Positions 38,192-50,300 of a stretch of DNA of 64,000 bases are shown here, one piece after another (within the stretch, counting starts at the first letter, position 1; the number at the start of each line of letters is the position of its first letter). A model generated the notes under the pieces. It worked only from the letters and a program-made list of their open reading frames with translations, was not told where the DNA came from and ran no database searches. The DNA is taken from the NCBI GenBank assembly GCA_900088475.1, contig FLMG01001458.1, forward strand, positions 1 through 64,000, written 5' to 3'. The translations under genes and the position numbers were made by a program. The DNA is from Hyphochytrium catenoides. Lineage: Eukaryota; Protista; Hyphochytriomycota.

Positions 38192-38703
38192 ATAAGCTTT
38201 ACCAATAATAATGAAGCTTTCTCTCGCTCTCCAAAAAGCCCGTCTTTTTTCACCATAATCATCATCATTTTGTACAAGAAGATGCCTGTGATTACTTCAG
38301 GAAAACTTAAAGTCAGTTCTCAAATGAGTTGATTCATATTTGCCGTTAGCGGTAGTGGATCTGTGCCTTCGGCCCACAAAAGTCGAGCATCTGGAATCTG
38401 GGACTCTGCAGACAGAGACTGATGAAATCTGTTTGTCGGTGCAGATGCTCTATTATCATCTCGTTACCTCGCTCTGTCGCTAAAGAAAGAAAGGGTTCCT
38501 GCGACAGACCTTACTCAGTAGAGGCAGCGGCGACTGATTGGAGGAAGAAGGTAGGTGTTGTGGCTGCCTTTATAGAGGATAAGGTCGGAACCTCATCAGC
38601 CCTCTCGCTAGAACACCATCATCCGACGTTACTCCTCCTTGAGATTGATATCCGTAGTCGATCCTGAAGGTTCGTTCTATTCAACACTCATAGAGCCATC
38701 ACC

Positions 38704-40799
38704 ATGGCAAGCCAGGTGCCTCCGGTGGTGAACATTGACACCAAGCACGATGACATGATCGTAAGAATGCCTTCTTTTACTCTGAAATGCTTTTGCCCAT
38801 AACTTACCTCCCTTCCTCTTCCTCTTTCAGCATGATGCACAACTAGACTATTATGGCAAAAAGCTAGCTACTTGTTCATCAGACAGAACCATCAAAATCT
38901 ATGACGTCTCGGGGGATGTCCAGAATCAGGACACAGTCTTGACAGGGTAGGCCATTCTTACCTAGAAGGAGTGTCATGAGCGGCTAGTCTTTCTCACTTA
39001 GCTGTTAACCCTTTTGTGCGTCTGGGTGCCTTACGATATCGCTTTACAAAGTCATGACGGTCCTGTCTGGCAAGTAAGCTGGGCTCATCCTAAATTTGGT
39101 GTGATCCTCGCGTCCTGCGGCTACGATGGGAAAGTAATCATATGGCGGGAAGCCTCTGTCGGCATGTGGCAAGAGATCTATCGACATGTCTACCACGAGT
39201 CATCAGGTACCAAGTCTTTGCGCTGTATTACGCTTGGCGTTAGGGCTACGCCACTAGAAGTCTTTCAGCATCGACCATTCTCTTGATCTAGCCAATCCTG
39301 CCATCCTTCTTCATAGCTAGCCTGTAGCATGCCAACTCCTTCATTGCCCTTGGCAATGGCTGCGTTGTCTAATCTACTAAGCTGTATGCTTCGCACGTCT
39401 TAGTGAATGCCATTGCTTGGGCTCCGTATGAGTATGGATTGTCCCTCGCCTGCGCCTCTGCAGATGGTAAAGTCTCCATGCTGACACATGCGCGTAAGTT
39501 GGACTTGCCAGCTCTGTATTATAGATCCCTGACCAACTGTCACTTCATCTACTCCTTGGGTCCGCAGCTGAGGGTTGGGTGACCTCCAGCTTCTCAGACA
39601 GCAGCCTCGGCGTCAATGCTGTCAGCTGGGCGCCCTTTCATTCTCTCGGTGGCCAGGTAGCAATAGCCATACTACTCTTGCTAAAATGGCCTTTTCCCTT
39701 GCGGCTGGAATTTCAATCCTGCCATTCCATGCTACCCACGTACTTCCTGGCTCTTCGTCCTCGTACGGCTGCCCAGTAAGCCAAATTCTTGGTTCTGTAC
39801 TCTGACCCGCTTGCCTACCAACGCAGACTGAGGCCGGGCCCGTTAAACGTCTCATCACAGGATCCTGTGACAATCAGGTCAAGCTTTGGAGGTATGACTA
39901 AGCGTAGGCTAGACTTGCATAGCAGAACACTTTGCGATGCAGAAGAGAGAGTAACATTAAGCCCATAAGAAATGAAAGGCGCAAGGCGGAAAGACGTCTT
40001 AAGATCGCAAGGGATCAATGTGAGAAGGCAGAGCGAGGAGGCAAGGGGTTCGGTACACGTGTATTCACCAGCATACTGTTCAGATTTGTAGATGCCAAGA
40101 ATGAATGGGCACAGGAACCTTTTGCTACCACTCCTGCCCACACGGACTGGGTAAGGGACGTTGCCTGGGCGCCTAGCACTGGCATGCCAGTCAACACTAT
40201 TGCAAGCTGTTCAGAGGTAAGAGAAATGCCTGAAGAAGAGGAGGAGAGACAATGAAGGCTAAGATCTAATCTTCTCCAGGACCGGACAGTGTATGTCTGG
40301 ACACAGACCGAGGAGAATGGGCCCTGGAACCGGGATCTCATTCATACCTTTGACGCTCCTGTGTGGCGCATTAGCTGGTCAATCACTGGAAATGTATTGG
40401 CGGTAGGTTTCTTCCCAACTTTATTTTACCTCTAAAAGGATGCAAGCCGTGCCTCGTCTCTGACTGAGACGACCTTCTGTTCTTTCGTTACTGGGCTCTC
40501 AGGTATCTTCAGGAGACCACAAGGTGACCCTCTGGAAGGAATCTTTGGACCGCAAGTGGATGTAAGGCCATTCTCAATTTCTTTCCTTTCCGTCTGCTGC
40601 TTTCTCTAATCCTGATGACAAACTCTCCCCATTGTCCTCTTAGCTTCAGCCTCTTTCCAGCTTTCCTCTGGCGTTACTCATATAAACCGCCAGCTTGCTT
40701 GTTCTTATCAGCCGTGCTCACTGTCTTCCTCTTATTTTGTATATCAGCCAAGTATCTTCAGTGGATGAAGGAGGCAACATGCAGTCGACTACAAAGTAA
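38704..40799 (+). CDS. SEC13: Protein transport protein SEC13 (WD40), multi-exon
   Basis: HDDMI|[73 protein letters not shown]|[13 protein letters not shown]. Confidence 0.96.
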
Positions 40800-41019
40800 A
40801 AAAGAAGTAGAGTTCCAAGAGGAGCACGGCGAGAAGAAGGAGTAGATTTGGCCAGATAGGAAATACAGGGAGAGAGAAGCTTTGTCTGGCAAGAGCCTCA
40901 CAGATATAATATGAAAATTAATAGCACGTTACGATTTGCAGATAGTCCGCCTGCCATCAAGGCTTTTGTTAATTCTTTCCCAATGCGTCTTGTGGACTAA
41001 TGACAAGTTGTTTTGCTAT

Positions 41020-44000
41020 TCACTCCTCGAATTCACTATCTTCATCCACCTCAAAGTCTTCGTCTGAGTCTTCGGAGTCGACCGCGTAAGATACTGGCGC
41101 CCTTCTTGCACGAGTGGGCTTAGGCGTTTTTTGTACAGTTGTCTCGATGACGTCCTCCACAGCAGAGTCATCCTCATCAGAGTCATCAATCACTTTCTTT
41201 TTCTTGGCGCCTCCCTTCTTTCCTCCCTCAGGAGCTTTAGGCTTTAATGGAGGCTTCGAAGTTGCTCGTGCTGACGTCACGGACTTCCCGTTGGGCTTCG
41301 ATGCCGCAGCGTTACTTGTTGTTGGCTTCTTTAATGTTCTGGTCTTCTTCTTCTCAGGTGAGACTGGAAGCAAAAGGGAATGAGTCACCAAGATCAGCAT
41401 GTAGATGACACTGCCTGATATCCTGTCCGCTGCTTACCAAAGTCAAAAGGGGCCACATTCATGCGAGCAGCTGGTGGTTTCGCAGGAGATCTGTTCCGTT
41501 TGGCAGCTGCTTACGTAAAGAAAGAGGGTCAGATGCCGATGAGAGGGTGGTGATTGGTCGCTCAGAAACTAACCTGCGCTGGACCCTCCCTTCTTGCTTC
41601 CCACAGAGGCTTTCTTGGGCTTAATCTCTTTTTCCTCTGGTACTTCAAAGATGTCATCCCCATCATCGTTGCTCTCTGCATCTGGGGAGGGTGGTGGGGA
41701 GGACTGCGATATAGCTAGGCGCATAGCCATTCGCTGTGCTAGCGAGAGAGTCTCCTCCTCGTCTTGCTCCTTTTTAGGGGCCTTCTCCACTATGTCCATC
41801 GCTTCTGTAGGTGGCGAAGGACTTGCGGTCTTGCCACCAGAACGCGAGCTCTGTGGCTTGAGAGATTTGGCAGAAGGAGCCGTTTTGGCTGTGGAAGGCT
41901 TTTGTGAAGCCTTGGGAACGGTTGTCCTGGGCTTGGTGGTTTTCTTTGGCTTGGGCACCTCGTAGTCCGAGTCCCCATCTTCGTCTTCATCCTCGTCTTT
42001 GCCCTTTTTGGCCTTGGTCTTACCTCCCGCCTTTCCTTTCCGCTTGGAGGCCCCACTGTTCTGCCGTTCGATGGCACTCTCGTAGTCGCCAAGGGCCTCT
42101 TCCAGGGCATCTAGATCTTCAAGATACATCTGCTCCAGGGTTTTGGCACGCAAAGCCTCCAGGTCGTTCTCTGCGGTCTGCAGGTCTGCCTTCAGTCCTT
42201 GCACTTTCTCCATTGTGAGACTCCAAAGCTTCATGGACAGAAGGTAATCATAGCCCCTACACGAATATGCAAACCCAAATGAGAAGATCAGAGTGGTCGA
42301 CAATCTAGACAACAGATAGAGGAGGACAAGAGACGTAAAAAGAAGCTTAGAAAGCAGGCAAATAGGTGGAACACCGAGGTCATAGGTCCACTAAGGGTAT
42401 CAAACGAACCTTGTTGCCTCATCTTCGTCCATATCGCTCTCCTCTGGCCCATTCTCCTCCTCATTGTGAGAGGACGCGGAGGCTTTTGGCAAAAATCGGT
42501 CATAGCCACGCTTCGCCAGCTCCGCTAGGATGTCTGCCTTCTTTCTGTTGCTGACCACCATTTCACCTTTGATCACGGCAAGGATGAAGCGCACCTTGTT
42601 CTTGAGCTTGGTCCACTCCTCTTCAAGCTTCTGCACTAGGTTTTCCTTCCTCTTTTCGTAGTAAGACAGGCGGATAGACAGGAAGTCATCGATGACCTGA
42701 AGTGGGGAGCTGTACTTCTTGATGTGCCCTTCCGGATCGAACATGTGCATGTTGCTGGTTGCGATGCTACCTTCTAGTTTCATCACCTTCATCACTCCGC
42801 CAGGACTAGACTGGACGTGGGCGAGTCCTTCCGGAGTGAAAGTAACGGTGAAGGATACAGTAGTCTCCGTATGGTTCTCCTTGAAGTCTTTCACCAAGAT
42901 TTTTGCCTCCTTCTCGCCACCGTTCATCAGCGTCTCCAGAAACTGCTTGTACGAAGAGGTCCAAGTACGAAGTGGTAGCTCTGAAATATGGATGGTGGAT
43001 TCATCTAGCCACTCGAAGCGCCCATGAGCTGTGAAATTACCTCTCTCCTTCGCCCCCTCCTTTGGCTCAATAAGGCCTGTAAAACCTCTGTACCATGGCG
43101 TCAGTTCGTTCATGTCTTCTCCTTGCAGACGCAGGCGGATATTTTCAATAAGGTCTCTTGGGTTGTAGTTGGGGACCGAAGAGCTCCAGCCTGTTCCAAT
43201 GCCATCGCTGCCGTTGACAAGGGCCAGAGGGATGATTGGTACGTACCACACAGGCTCAATTCTTTGTCCATCCTCATCCAAGTAGTTCAGAACAGGGTCG
43301 TCATCTGCATGGAAGATATGACGGGTAATGTTCTCCAGCTTGGTGAAGATGTAACGAGCACTGGCAGCGTCCTTGCCGCCCATAAGTCGCGTACCGAACT
43401 GACCGCTTGGGACGAGGAGGTTGATGTTGTTGCTTCCAACATAGTTCTGAGCCATATTCACTATGGTACTATGTAGACTGGCCTCGCCATGGTGATAAGC
43501 AGAGTGCTCGGACACATAGCCAGCTAACTGTGAGATCCGCACCTCGTTCTTAAGTTTTCTCTTGAAGCAGCAAAACAAGACTTTCCGTTGAGAAGGCTTG
43601 AATCCATCAACAAGAGAAGGGATGGATCGGATGTTATCCGCCATGGAGAACAAAATTAGCTCTTTGTTGATGAACTCGGAGTAGACCATTCTGTCAACGT
43701 TGTAGTCAACATGAGTGCCTTGCTCATATTTGTTCAGCCAATCCTTTCTCTCTTCGACCCTCTTCTTGGAGAAGGCCATGTCAATTGCGTTGTCATCTCC
43801 GTCCGATTCGTACTGGAAGGGGATGAGATGGGTGCTCAGATCTGAGAAATACTCCTTGGCTTCCTCAGAAGTGCTAGTACCAAGACCCTTGTAGTACTTG
43901 ATCTTCCAACCTTTGGCCCCATTTGTTTCCTCCTTCCAGTGTTCGTACTCAGGGATAGTGAAGAAGCTCTTGGTCCTGCTTCCCTTGGATACCTTTACAA

Positions 44001-45822
44001 TGGGCGTAATGAATTCTTGCAGGAAGTCTGGGACCTGCAGAAGACTAGGCCAGAAATGGTGGATAAAGTTGATAACAAGTCCTTTGATGTGACTTCCATC
44101 ATGATCCTGATCTGTCATGATCATTAGGTGTCCGTAGCGAAGAGATGAAGTGTCTGCATAGTTGGTACCGAACTTGAGGCCCAGGATTCGCACTAGGTTC
44201 TGAATCTCCTCGTTCTTCATGATCTGCGCGTGGCTGGCCTCACGGACGTTGAGAAGCTTTCCTTTTAGAGGGAAGACTCCAAAGTAATCTCTCCCCACAA
44301 CCCCGAGTCCACTGACCGCCAAAGCCTTGGCGGAATCTCCTTCAGTAAGGATAAGAGTGCAGTTCTTGCCCTTCGCAGTGCCTGCAAAGTTAGCGTCGTC
44401 AAGCTTTGCTATGCCTGTGAGTTTAGCCTTCTTTGTTCCGCTCTTCTTTTTGAGCTCCGCAGTTTGCTTGAACTTGGCCCAAGACAGGATGTGCTCGCCT
44501 ACGTTCTTCTCTACTTGCTTCAGGAACTTGTCACTCAAGGCGCATGTAGACCCAAATGCAGAAGGGCGGGTAGTTAGGGTCTCCTTTGTTTGAGAGTCAA
44601 AGCCTGGATTTTCAATCAGAGCGTTAACGAAGACAAACAGATGGTTTTTGATGTGGGCAGGTTTTAGCTCCACGCCTTTGTTTTTCTTCTTCAGGCTTTG
44701 GACCAACTTTGCTGCTACTTGGTCAGCCACGACCTGAACATGTTGGCCCCCTTTCATTGTACAGATGCTGTTGACAAAGCTGACTTGCTGCGCAGAGCCA
44801 TCACTGGCGCTTATGGCCACCTCCCATCGGTCATTGACCTTCTCAAAGACCTTTGGAACTGCTGCATTTCCACAGGCTCTCAGGTACATGTCTACGTAGT
44901 CGGAGAAAGAGGAAATCTCCACCCTTTCGTCGTTAAGATATACCTTCAGTGATCTATCGGAGACACCTGCAATGTCATAGACTCGCTTGTAGAACAGAGA
45001 GATGATGTCTTGATCCAAGCCGTCCATTTTGAAGCGTTCAAAGTCCGGCTTGAAAGTTATGCAAGTATAGTCTGATCCTTTCTTGGTATCCTTAATGGTC
45101 GGGGATCCCTTGCTCCCCATATTGTTCTTGAAAACCTGACGGTAGTGCTTGCCCACAGCAGAATCTTGGGTTTCGACGATGAACTCTGTAGAAAAAATGT
45201 TGGCCAATTTGGCACCATACCCATTTCTTCCTCCAGTTGTCTTTTTCTCGTTGTCATTGAAGTTGCTACCGGTCAAGAGATGACCAAATATGAGCTCTGG
45301 AATGTAGACGCCATGTTCCTTGTGCATGACGATGGGGATGCCCTTGCCGTTGTTCCAGACAGAGATAGTCCCCTCTTCAGGGGAGATGTTCACTTTTAGT
45401 AGGTTCATGGTGGGGTCCCGCTGCTTATTGTCTGCAGCGTTTACGATGATCTCGTCAAAAATCTTGTACAGGCCTGGAACGTAAGAGACATCCTTATTCA
45501 CGAGCTCCTTGGTGATAGGGTCCACAACCCACATCTGAGATGTTAGCTTCTCAATGGTTCCAACATATGTGTCGGGGCGAAGGAGAATATGCTCCAGCTG
45601 TGTCTTCTTCTGGTATATTTCCTCAATGGACTTGCCACCAGCCTTCTTCGAGACAGTTCCAGACTCAGAGGAAGGGGCATAGTCGTCGATACTATTGGCC
45701 GGAGCCAACGGCTTTCTGGCTGCAGCCTTCTTCGGTGCTTTGGCCGCCTTACCACCGCCCTTGTTGGCCTTACTATTCTTAGGGAGGATGTCTACATTCT
45801 CCATGTAGTCGTCCGAGTCCAT
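41020..45822 (-). CDS. TOP2: DNA topoisomerase II; long first exon plus three 3' exons
   Basis: ATG 45822. YQKKTQLEHILLRPDTY, GGRNGYGAK, LTEGDSA, PLKGK, IMTDQDHDGSH, YYKGLGTS, active-site ASARYIF, charged low-complexity tail. Confidence 0.98.
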
Positions 45823-46217
45823 GGTCCGCGATGGAGAAGAGCCCTCACCGCCAAAACGCCCTTCACCAAGGGTTACAAGGGAAATCGGACAGAGAAAAGA
45901 AAGGGAAAGAAGAGAAAGGAACCACGAGAGAAAGAGCGAGATCAGACCCAAGGAAATCAGGAAATGAATTTCGTCTGGAAGAAAGAAGAAAGAAGAAATC
46001 AAAAAGGCGCCGCTGCCCGCGCCGCGGAAATCAGAAGCACGCCGCTTTCTCCTCCTTGCTTCCTTCCAATTCCCCACTAATAAAGAGCTCTAACACAACC
46101 TACTGGGCAGACTCAGAAATACGAGCTAATAATATGCCCTCGGTACTGCGAATAGTTTCTTTGGTATTCTTAGGTTCCAGCCTAAGTAGCAATACGGAGG
46201 ATGTGTGTTTTTGAACC

Positions 46218-46237
46218 TCAACGGCTACTAACGGTTG
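46218..46237. promoter_or_regulatory. Two AACGG (Myb/MSA-like) elements 10 bp apart upstream of TOP2
   Basis: tcAACGGctactAACGGttg; cores at 46220-46224 and 46230-46234. Confidence 0.4.
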
Positions 46238-46635
46238 CAGTTCGTAAGATACTAGCCGGTAACCGTAATGCTCTCTTTGTACCCTTGTGTCCTTGGGGTT
46301 GTTGGCTGGTGCTCGAGCGCTGAGGAGGATGAAGCCTTCTGAAGCTCTCTGGAGCTCAGAGATTCACTTGCCAAAATCAATAATATAGGAATCCGTAGTA
46401 GTTGACCATAGGGATCCATTCAGAGTGCGCCAGCTGACCATGGACTCGTGGAGAGAGCGAGCACATATTGCGGGTGCTTGCTTCGATAGACTGGTTATCT
46501 AGTGTAAAGTTCTGTGGACGTGTAGTGTACGCAGTAATCTCAAGAGAGTGAGGCGGTAACAGGATTTTGGAGGCTAGTCATTATGAACCTTCAGGATGAT
46601 GGCCGGCGCATTGCTTGGAGTTAACCGCTTTTGCA

Positions 46636-47000
46636 TTGTCCCTTCCAACAGCGTCCCTGCTTGTACCCCTCTGGCATGCAGGATGCGACTGAGGATAATC
46701 GCATTATCTCGTATCTTTGTATTGCATCCAGCCCCTGTGGACAGGGCTTGTCAAAGAGCGAGATGATGCCAGCCAAACAATCAGTGCTAGGTCCTAGGGC
46801 AAGCCACAGACAGATCCGCCAGGGCCCTTGGCGTGGCACTGGCATCACATCGGTGTACCCGCAAGATCGGGCTTCCGACGACAGAATTCAAAGATCCTTC
46901 ATGTTCTCCAGGCAATTCGATAACCCTGACAAAGAGGGCGCAGGCCAAAAGAACAGGATGTCCTTTCATGGACATCAAATGGAAGGATAGGTTTTTTTTT
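46636..47000 (+). ncRNA. Candidate structured ncRNA domain of unknown class
   Basis: Ends pair (46641-46647 CCTTCCA / 46980-46986 TGGAAGG). 18-bp stem 46701-46719/46752-46769 with one bulge, several further stems with G-U pairs on the + strand, followed by T9. Confidence 0.4.
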
Positions 47001-47026
47001 GTTGATAAAGAGTCCATATTATTTAC

Positions 47027-47206
47027 CCAGCAGAGCCCCCTGCCACAGCTATTTTCAACGCTGTGACGGTAACCTCGCCAAGACCTTCTCCGCCAGCTGA
47101 AAAGCGGGCGTTGAGAGGGACTGGGCTGCTGGAACACTAACTCAGAACGTGTGGCGTGCTCACTGCTAACGCATCAGTGAAGCACAATGAAAGTCCTGAG
47201 ACACTC
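47027..47206 (+). ncRNA. Candidate box H/ACA RNA (hairpin-H box-hairpin-ACA)
   Basis: 5' branched hairpin 47027-47132, H box ACACTA 47134-47139, 3' hairpin 47141-47200 with internal pocket, ACA 47201-47203 with 15 nt between the upper stem and ACA. Confidence 0.55.
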
Positions 47207-47364
47207 ACGATAGTAGCCACTTATCCAGCTACTCCATTAAGAGAAGAGTCCATCTGTTGCATCAGAATAAAAGTGCTTAAGCTCTGTGCTCTGACCGTCA
47301 CAGTTTTTTGTGCGCTAACACTAAGAGAGAGTCAGAAGGCGTGTGGCCTTGTCTAAAGCACTTC

Positions 47365-50300
47365 CTAGATGCTGCTAGGAGTGTGGCTCTTTGAGCCGAT
47401 TAGTAGATGCCTGCGAAGGTTGCCTAGAGCACGAAGGTCCATCATCGCCTGGAAACTCCTCTCGAGGACCTCTGTATAGCCAGAGGTATCAAATAGAGGA
47501 TAAGTATCAGTGTTCTCTAGCAGTTTCCTCCGCAACTGCCCAAGGAGAGTTGGGTTCTTGGCTAAGGAAACTGCTTGCACGGGAGTTAGTGTTAGTTAGA
47601 TTCTCTTAGATGGCCATGAGAATATCGGGCTAGTACCTCCAAGGTGCTCGAACTCTCTCTTCGAAAAGCACACTAGCTCCAGGAGTCCAAGATTATGCAA
47701 CAGGCTACCCGCTACTCGGCTGGTGAAAGATCTTAGAGGTCGTATGCCTCGCGTGCAAGCAATGTCCTCTCTTCTTACCTAGCGAAATTCTCTCCAGCGA
47801 GAGTTATCACAGGCAGTCCTCCTCTTAATGCGTCCGTCGCGGTAGAATGGGCACCATACTGTCCGTTGAGAGGACATGGGGAATTAGGCCAATATTTCCG
47901 TAAGAAGCAGAAAGTATCATAATAAGAAGCTTACAATGAAGTTATCCAGAAAGAGATCTGCCAGCTGATGACGTGCGAGGTGCTGGTCCTTCGACAGCCT
48001 AAAGGTAGAGCGGTATGAAGCAAATGAGAGCTTTCTAAGTGCTGTCACTTTCTGTCGAAGAGGTCGTCTTCCAAACTAGGTAACCCTGGTTTGCGTTTTA
48101 AATTGTCGCTTTCTCTGCCTCTGGACATCGTTTTGTTGATAAGAAGCACTATTATTGCCACTTAACTTATGCTNNNNNNNNNNNNNNNNNGCCGCTGCCA
48201 TCTCTGCATGAAGATTACTGCGGAGTAGGCCGAAGACCTCATCTTCCTTGGGTCTCAGAAGCCAAAGGACGCTGTTGGGTACCTGAGGTCACGAAAGGTT
48301 AACTCATTCCATGGAAAGATCACACAGAAAATGACTGCAATATCTAGCTTGGGCACTCAAGAGCGCCCTTGGTGCTAGAAAGGCTGAACAGCAAGCTGGA
48401 AAGGTCATGTCGGTAGGGTGCATCGCCCGCAAGACATGCGATCGGCGCTTGCCAAGACCAGTGTTTCCTTCCTCACCTGCCTCAAAATCGCCATCCACAC
48501 GCTAAAACTCTCTGGGTCCAGCTTGTCTAACTTATTAAAATTTGCAAAGACGAAGGCCTCTGCGGGCAATCCTTGTTCCAACCTTCTTTGTCTAAAGTTC
48601 TCTATCTTCTCCACTTTGAGACCTTCGTAGTCATTCACTTGGTAACAGTGAGGGTGAACAACCAGCTTCTCTGAGAAGTGGTCTTCAATGGTGTCAAAAG
48701 AACCCATGATTATATACCGGCAAGATAAGCAGTTAGAACCATGACTATTTGATGTCAGGAGAAGAGTAGCAGAGATTCCTGTGAGGGCCCAAGTAGAAAG
48801 GTAGGCCCAGACACTTAATCGCAAAGACTTTAAAAAAGGACGTCCCACTGCTACTTACTGGCATTCTCTGGAGGAGAGACGAATTTATCTGTGATGATGA
48901 AATCAACGCAGTCGGCTCCCATAGTCCCGGGATACGCCAGATAGTTCACTACTATTGGAGCGGGATGGAGAGCAACTATTTCTGGCCTAGATCCTTGACA
49001 GGTAACCACAGCAGGTTAAGCGGTGGTGAGCTTAGCAATATGGAGATATAAGCGTAGCACTAGCTATTCTGCATGAGAGGGAGGTGCGAGGATCTAGGGT
49101 CGAAACGCTTGACATACCCAGGGTGTGGGCTTGGAGGTCTAGCAGCACGTCCACCTGGTCGGCCTCTAGGCGGCGGGCGACCTCCACATTACCGTCTCTC
49201 ACAACATTGATGAACTCATCCGCCAAACTCCTCACCATGTGACGGTAGGTGCCATTGTCATCTTTTTAACGAAGTCCAAGGTTGGGACCATATGAAGGTC
49301 AGTAGGAAGCACGAGGAGGGGGAAGAGGGCGAGGGTCAGATTAGGATTTCTGAAGATTCCCCTTCATACGAGGGTCCACCTTTTCCATAAGCGTAGGCTG
49401 CTACGTGAACACGAGTGCGATTATGAGCTCGGAATAGTCCTACCACCAGGTGTGAAGTCGGATGATCGCTGAAGTCATAGGAAAGATAGCCCAGACGTAA
49501 GGGCGAGACCTGCAGGAGCATAAGAGTTACACGTGGGCCTATGATCTCTATATACTTTGACACCCAGTTACTCTCTTTTGTTGTTAGTTGCTCTTTCGCT
49601 CTCTAGATATACACCTCGAAGGATGGGAAAGAGGTATGCCTCCTTTCCCTCAAATCAGTCTTCCTCTAGCCTTCAACAATTTTGAAGAAGCCGTACCCCT
49701 GTCTTTCTTGTTTCAGCAACTGGGTTGTCTTTGTAGGTCTGCTGAACCCATTGACTTGAGATGGAAGCTGCAATCCAGCGCTGCCAACGAGGGTTCAAAG
49801 GAAGGAGCAAACCATCGAAGGGCTGGAGGGAGCTTGCAATGCCTCTACGAAAGACATTAGCGAAATGGCTGTCATGGTTCGCCGCTCAGAGGATGGACAG
49901 TGGAAAAGGGATGGGAGGCAGGGAAGTGTAAATGCCCTCACGGCTCTACCTGAGCTTTTCTAATGAGCCGTAGAGATGAAAGGACAAAGCAGCTCCGTTC
50001 TCTCATAAATAGGTCTGGCATACCGTTCTAGCTGTTCACTGCGAACCAGATTCCACAGTTGCTCAACAGATTCCTCATACTCGTCCCACTGACAAATGGG
50101 CCGCTTCACCCGCGAGATATGCGTGAGTAGCATGATGCTCTCCATTGTGACGGCTACACTTGGGTCGCGGGCACTGTTATCTTGTAGGAGCCTCACATAC
50201 ATTTCTAAAGCAAGACCAGCCTGGTAGGTCAAAAAGGGTTTAGAGCGAATCGAAGCTAAGAACTCTAAATGGAGACTTCAAATCGCCAGTATCAGCAGAA

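Noticed and set aside
45823-46077. Hydrophobic N-terminal extension of the TOP2 ORF
   Set aside because: GTG start and pyrimidine-rich 5' UTR sequence; the first ATG is at 45822.
46585-46610. GAACCT-TCAGGATGATGGCCGGCGCA resembles the 3' half of a TPP riboswitch
   Set aside because: No CUGAGA motif, no GA after GAACCU, no closing P1, and no thiamine gene nearby.
46689-46710. CTGAGGA hammerhead core motif
   Set aside because: Not followed by stem II and GAAA.
47190-47202. GAAAGTCCTGAG resembles CR-I of RNase P/MRP RNA
   Set aside because: No downstream CR-V or P4 partner; its complement lies upstream as the H/ACA basal stem.
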